64,000 nt of DNA, taken from contig OZ176055.1 of the NCBI GenBank assembly GCA_964247055.1, positions 6,262,001 through 6,326,000 on the forward strand, written 5' to 3'. The notes beneath the pieces were generated by a model. The model made no database searches. It had not been told where the DNA came from and worked only from the letters and a program-made list of their open reading frames with translations. This document shows, one piece after another, positions 60,501 through 64,000 of this stretch. Numbering within the stretch: position 1 is the first letter of the stretch; every line of letters starts with the position of its first letter. The stretch comes from Paragordius varius (lineage: Eukaryota > Animalia > Nematomorpha). The translations under genes were made by a program, and so were the position numbers.

Positions 60501-63500
60501 GTCGTTCCAGTATGCGGCGAAAAGTAATATTTATTTTGTTGTTAACTAAAATTTAAAATATATAAAAAGCATTTAAGATAAAATCCCCATAAAGTTTGCA
60601 TGAATATTATATAAAAATTATATGTATGTCCTCACGTTCGAACATAGTCAATATATCAAAGTATTATTTTATCTATTAATTAACTTTATAAGTTTTTTTA
60701 ATCATTTTTATAATTGAATGTAAAAAATAGACATTTTGAAATACGATTACCCAATTATATATTTCTATAGTCGTTTCGTAATACTCCCATACTTCAGCAT
60801 ATTGATGATGTAGATTCAGATACTTTGGGATTTCTCCCAAACAATAATAACATTATCATTAACAACAATAATAATCCTATTACCAGTTTTGGATATCATT
60901 CTGAATCCATAGATTCGCAAAGTCAACAAGTGTTAGTTAAATGGGAGGACCCGGAAACAAAGTTTGATGCCTATGTTATGAAAATAAAAAATGCTTTATA
61001 TCTTTTTGATGATGCTTAAATAAGGATTATTTTTCGGTTGGTAGTATTCTAATTTATCCAATCTGAATTTATTAATTAAAATTTGGATGAGTTAACTATA
61101 TATATAATAATGTTTTTTATCCTTAAATTGATTTGTATGATGTGTTGTATTATTTTTAGGATTATAGTGTTAATAGTTGATATTTCGCTATAAATAAAAT
61201 TGTAATAAGCAAAAGCATATAATTAAAACCAACAAAGAGTTTTAAGTATGTATACAACATTTAGTTGTGTGCTTGTATCTTGTAAATGATGTGAAGATTC
61301 AATAGGAGAACAAAATTTACAAATTAATGTGCATTATTTTACCTAATAAAATAGGAAAAAGCGGGAAGAAATGATGGAACGATTACAAAATTTGTCATCC
61401 AACTCACCCTTAAGATTGGTTCAAACTTTGCATATGACTACAAATGATTTAAGTTCAACCAATTTTGAAGTAATTTTCATTAAAAGATAAAATAGTATAA
61501 TTATGTGGACATATAATTAAGACATAAAGAATATTTTTAACTATTTCAATTTTGATTTAAGACGACTGGTATTTCGTTTGCAATAATTTTTTTTCATCTC
61601 AACAAAATCCGCTTTTAAATTGTTATTCAAAAGCGTTTTACCTTTTTCCGTACATATTTTTGATTTATAACTAGAATACCCATATTTTAAAAATTAATAC
61701 AAGTTGAACAAAGCACATTTAAGGCACGCTAAAATAATTGAAATGGGATACTATAAGGTGGTTAGCTATAACACCTTCTTATATAATTATCTATTCACAT
61801 GATTGGTATTTGGAAATATATTACCGTGTTAAAAATGGGTCAAAGTCTTAACAAATAGGGATGTTTTTCCAAATGCACCAAAAAAAATTTTTTTTTGGGG
61901 GGGGGGGGGGCAATCCTATTAAATTTGTGAAATATTTTTTATGTCTAATAATTATAGACCAAAAAATTTTTTTTAGTTATCATCCATTAACAGCAATAAC
62001 CAAAGCGACATTACCAAAAACAGTAAAGATATGGACGAAACTTATTTTGATGAAAATATTAATAATAAATCAAATTCTATTAATAATAACTTGTCCAAAA
62101 ATAATGCATTAAAGTCATCCTATGTGGATAATAAAAAGGGGGACATTTCTAGTGACATAAGCGACCAAGCTCTCAATGTTCCAAGTTTGGGTAAAACCGC
62201 TAATTATAATTAATATTCACAAAAATTTATAATTATACCGAAAAATATAAAGACTAATATTATATTTTTTGCAAAAAAAACTATATTTTTTGATTTTCAT
62301 CTATCTATATAATTTATATAATTAAATTGATTCAAAAATATAATTTTTTATTTTAATCATATATTTTGTACTAATTAAATTTTTTAAAAATTATTGTTCC
62401 CGTAAAATTATAATAGAAATTTTTTTATAAACAAATAGCATTTCATAAACAAACTCCTGCTAAGCAGTTACTTTCCAGCACAGTATTGTTAGATCGGAAA
62501 ATTGATAGAAATGACATTAAAACTACACCGACTCATGGTTCAACACGTTGCTTATTTAATGGCAACAACGAATCATCAATAAATGAGATTGGGTCTGATA
62601 TCTCTACTTCAATACATGATTCCAGTTATGCTAAAAACCTGCCCAAAAATGTTGGATTACCCCGTATTTTTATGTTCTCCGGTCTAAGTGAAGAGGTAAA
62701 AGAGCTTTTGTATTAATTAACAGTCGTTATTTTTCAACTTTCATAGATTTAGCCTATTTTTATACAATAGACCATTTATAAAAACGTTAGAAAGGTATAG
62801 ACCGCTCATTATTCGCGTAATGTTAAAAGTCTTTAAAGTTGAGTTTTGGTTTAAAAATTGCTAGCGTTTCGATATTTTGACAATATAAAAAAATTTAGCC
62901 ATTAGCTTTCCATACGATGGCTTAGTTGATTTGTCAAACGTAACTTTTAGCAGATGTGTCTTAAATGACGAAGTAGTCCATATTTAAAATTTTTTTATTT
63001 CATGATAATCAGCCTGTGCTGAATTATATAAAAGCACCGTTTATCTTAAAAAAACTATTACAACGGAAAATTATATACGGGGTGATACTATATACATTTT
63101 AATATCCAGAAAATTTTTTGCAATCATTTTACTTAGGAAAAAAATCATTATGGCGCCACAATAGAACGGTTGGGAGGCAAAATCTCTATGCAGCCATCGA
63201 CTTTTGACGTTAAGGCCACACATTTAATATGCGATACGCCTATAAGAACTGAAAAGTTTTTGGCCAGCATTGCTAAGGGTTTATGGATCCTTCATAAATC
63301 TTATGTTGAAGCTTGCAAGCATGCAGGGAAGTTTTTACCGGTACGATAAATGATTTTTTTGTCATTTTGTTTAATTATAATACATCATTTTATAAATTAA
63401 AATAAAATAAAAATAACTGTTTTATGTTAGTTAAAATATTGTAATTAATACATATAATAAGAGTATAAATTATATCTAATATACCATTAGAGTTGAAACT

Positions 63501-64000
63501 CACGCTTAAACAATTCAAATTCACTCTTAAACAATTAAAATTCTCCCTTGAACAATTCAATTTTACCCTAATATAAATTATGTATTTTTTATGATTAAAA
63601 ATTACCTATATTTTTTATATTTTTAATGATATTACGTTTAATATTAATATAATATTACAAAAATAATAAACTATGTCATAAGAATATATTTCTTTTTAAT
63701 AATAAGTTATATTAGTTCGAAAACAATTTGAATTGTTCAAGGGTGGATTTGAATCGTTTGAGGGGGAATTGGAATTGTTCAAGGGTAAATTTGAATTGTA
63801 AATGGTATATTAAATACGAATATATCATTTATATTAGGAGAGCACATATGAATGGGGATCTGAAACAACGCTTCAGATGTTATCGAATTCCTCCGCAAAA
63901 TCTCCCAATAACACTAACACGTCTTCGTCTACAACAAACGCTAAAGCCAAATCCACATACGATTTAGCTAGAGCTGCTCAATATTGGCGAATGACCCTAA
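51584..64000 (+). CDS. TOPBP1: DNA topoisomerase II-binding protein 1 (multi-BRCT); 28 exons in window, 3' end runs off
   Basis: Exons 51584-51667, 51694-51854, 51882-52014, 52080-52261, 52478-52605, 52706-52771, 52851-53174, 53245-53359, 53516-53703, 53791-53850, 54150-54409, 54915-55119, 55463-55664, 55945-56487, 56918-56976, 57061-57108, 57851-57960, 58030-58170, 59173-59339, 59750-59814, 59976-60246, 60379-60523, 60771-60961, 61355-61469, 61977-62190, 62439-62695, 63137-63340, 63838-end; all phases consistent. Motifs: VTHLVTGRVGSKK, MKMNHATHLIAKEPTGTKY, KRRSSIPLSQI, ATR-activation VKWEDP, PIRTEKFLASIAKGLWILHKSY, YEWGS, ARAAQYWR. Confidence 0.93.
51668..51693 (+). other. 26-nt micro-intron (TopBP1 intron 1)
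   Basis: gtttatatatatttaagtatatttag; joins LLSAYK|SLENNGY in the BRCT0 region. Retention gives a frameshift and stop. Confidence 0.8.
51855..51881 (+). other. 27-nt micro-intron (TopBP1 intron 2)
   Basis: gtatatttaaatatgtaataaatatag; length is 3n with an in-frame TAA. Removal joins FICENF...QHIK|LLGPSVILSC (compare YICDPF...CRIVGPQVV). Confidence 0.87.
54700..54878 (+). mobile_element. Partial hAT MITE related to 6807-7096
   Basis: GTGCGGCC near the left, AATGCGATCCGCGAAACC and terminal GTTAGACACCCCTG on the right. Confidence 0.45.
57292..57579. mobile_element. Tc1/mariner-type MITE with ~90-bp imperfect inverted arms
   Basis: TA|CGGTAAAAATTGG...TATACGGACAAA...CCATACTTTT pairs with AAAAAGTATGG...TTTGTCCGTATA...GTTTTCACTG|TA; TA flanks on both sides; in a TopBP1 intron. 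Confidence 0.7.
58496..59002 (+). mobile_element. piggyBac-like MITE, third and more diverged copy
   Basis: CACTTCGATTCAAACTAGGGTA...ACAGGCCTGGAGTATCCAACTATCCCAATTTGAATCGAA is collinear with 29355-29922; right terminus eroded. Confidence 0.75.
63490..63800. repeat. Foldback-like inverted pair of 21-bp tandem arrays
   Basis: About 4 units of AAATT(C/T)(A/T)CCCTTGAACAATTC at ~63495-63570 and about 4 inverted units at ~63725-63800, separated by ~150 bp of AT-rich DNA. Confidence 0.7.

Noticed and set aside
1-64000. tRNA, rRNA, snRNA or snoRNA genes
   Set aside because: No convincing cloverleaf, A/B boxes, rRNA-like GC-rich tract or paired C/D boxes seen by eye; tRNAscan-SE or Infernal would be needed to exclude them.

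Overview
Very AT-rich, intron-rich, transposon-littered eukaryotic (invertebrate animal-type) genomic DNA; the species cannot be determined from the sequence. Hand-built spliced models with every junction frame-checked give eight protein genes: ANKRD63-like (+, 3205-9385), an orphan secreted prohormone/neuropeptide-like precursor (+, 16113-16649), ORP5/8-type OSBP-related protein (-, 20 exons, 17253-28463), an orphan secreted His/Tyr/Lys-rich protein (-, 36350-37742), a diverged CFAP36 (-, 38274-40375), an intronless ADF/cofilin with an N-terminal extension (-, 44375-45103), CHRAC1 (-, 48930-49273) and TopBP1 (+, 51584 to beyond the window end). Mobile DNA: two mariner relics, three copies of a non-autonomous Helitron family, a TSD-flanked hAT-Blackjack element carrying an inverted copy of transposase sequence, three piggyBac-like MITEs, an inverted pair of Penelope-like fragments, LINE relics and several MITEs. 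The main result is a distinct class of 22-27 nt GT-AG micro-introns: 7 of the 54 modelled introns, each required to restore a conserved reading frame. All lie within about 250 coding nt of the start codon, every other modelled intron is at least 65 nt, and none is 28-64 nt. This suggests a position-dependent, two-class splicing system. All models are manual and lack RNA or database support.
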